A stretch of 63,277 nt of DNA, filler included, from Octopus bimaculoides (lineage: Eukaryota): assembly GCF_001194135.2 (NCBI RefSeq). It is 4 parts of 3 records of this genome, joined end to end, with 100 filler letters (N's around TTAATTAATTAA, not from the genome) between each part and the next. Parts side by side here need not be neighbours in the genome. Positions count along the whole stretch, not along the records: positions 61,790 to 63,277 come from NC_068987.1; 3 more parts are not named here. One strand, given 5' to 3'. Positions 62,950 through 63,277 of this stretch are shown here, one piece after another (the first letter of the stretch is position 1; the number at the start of each line of letters is the position of its first letter). The position numbers and the translations under genes were made by a program. The notes beneath the pieces are model-generated. The model worked only from the letters and a program-made list of their open reading frames with translations. It ran no database searches and was not told where the DNA came from.

Positions 62950-63030
62950 TCCGCAAGTGTCTTTAAAGAAATCCTTACGTTGACTAAGTGCTTGTAAGTG
63001 AAATTGGTAGAGACAGACGGTGTGGAAGCG
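62950..63030 (+). mobile_element. Degenerate SINE family D core fragment
   Basis: gcaagtgtctt...gcttgtaagtgaaattggtagagacagacgg aligns with gcaagtgtcttct...ccttgtgagtggatttggtagacgg. Confidence 0.55.
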
Positions 63031-63242
63031 CATCGCATGCACTGGTTCTGACATTTCTGAAGAAAGTAAACGTCACCTCATCTAAAGTTATTATACTGTC
63101 CTTCGGTGTATTTCGTGGAGTCTTCTCTATTGCAAACTATTGGATCAGGTCTGCAGACTAAGTAATATTCTCTTCTCTTCCTTATGTCTTAATCTTTCTT
63201 CCCTCTATCATGCCATATTGACCCTCAACACACACACACACA

Positions 63243-63277
<35 letters not shown>

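Noticed and set aside
62924-62993. Apparent exon ending in GTAAGT
   Set aside because: The donor and most of the body derive from a degenerate SINE D core.

Overview
Eukaryotic, AT-rich, microsatellite-dense genomic DNA with many N gaps. The repeat families and composition suggest an octopus (coleoid cephalopod) short-read assembly; this is an inference from my recollection of those repeats, not a database result. There are no prokaryotic genes, CRISPR arrays, rRNA genes or genuine tRNA genes. Almost all entries in the ORF track are microsatellite or gap artefacts. Interpretable content: (i) two small, phase-compatible candidate coding exons on + (78-129 and 27743-27860) of an unidentified gene, so most of the window may be intronic; (ii) decayed autonomous TEs: a HERO-like RLE non-LTR element, two CR1/Jockey-group LINE fragments, an RTE fragment, hAT remnants, an internally deleted mariner and a fold-back Tc1/mariner remnant; (iii) many copies of at least four SINE-like families, several with clear TSDs, two nested in other elements; (iv) an apparently intact minimal hammerhead ribozyme of the Penelope-like type (59346-59390, minus) and a degenerate one (about 3501-3540); (v) a ~23-unit minisatellite in which most units carry a TTCNNNGAA (STAT-type) site; (vi) three synthetic TTAATTAATTAA scaffold linkers. 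The best leads are the hammerhead-bearing repeat, the HERO-like element apparently inserted into an E-box, the STAT-site array, and a covarying 3' hairpin shared by a LINE and a SINE. I did not find clear evidence of a wholly new biological system.
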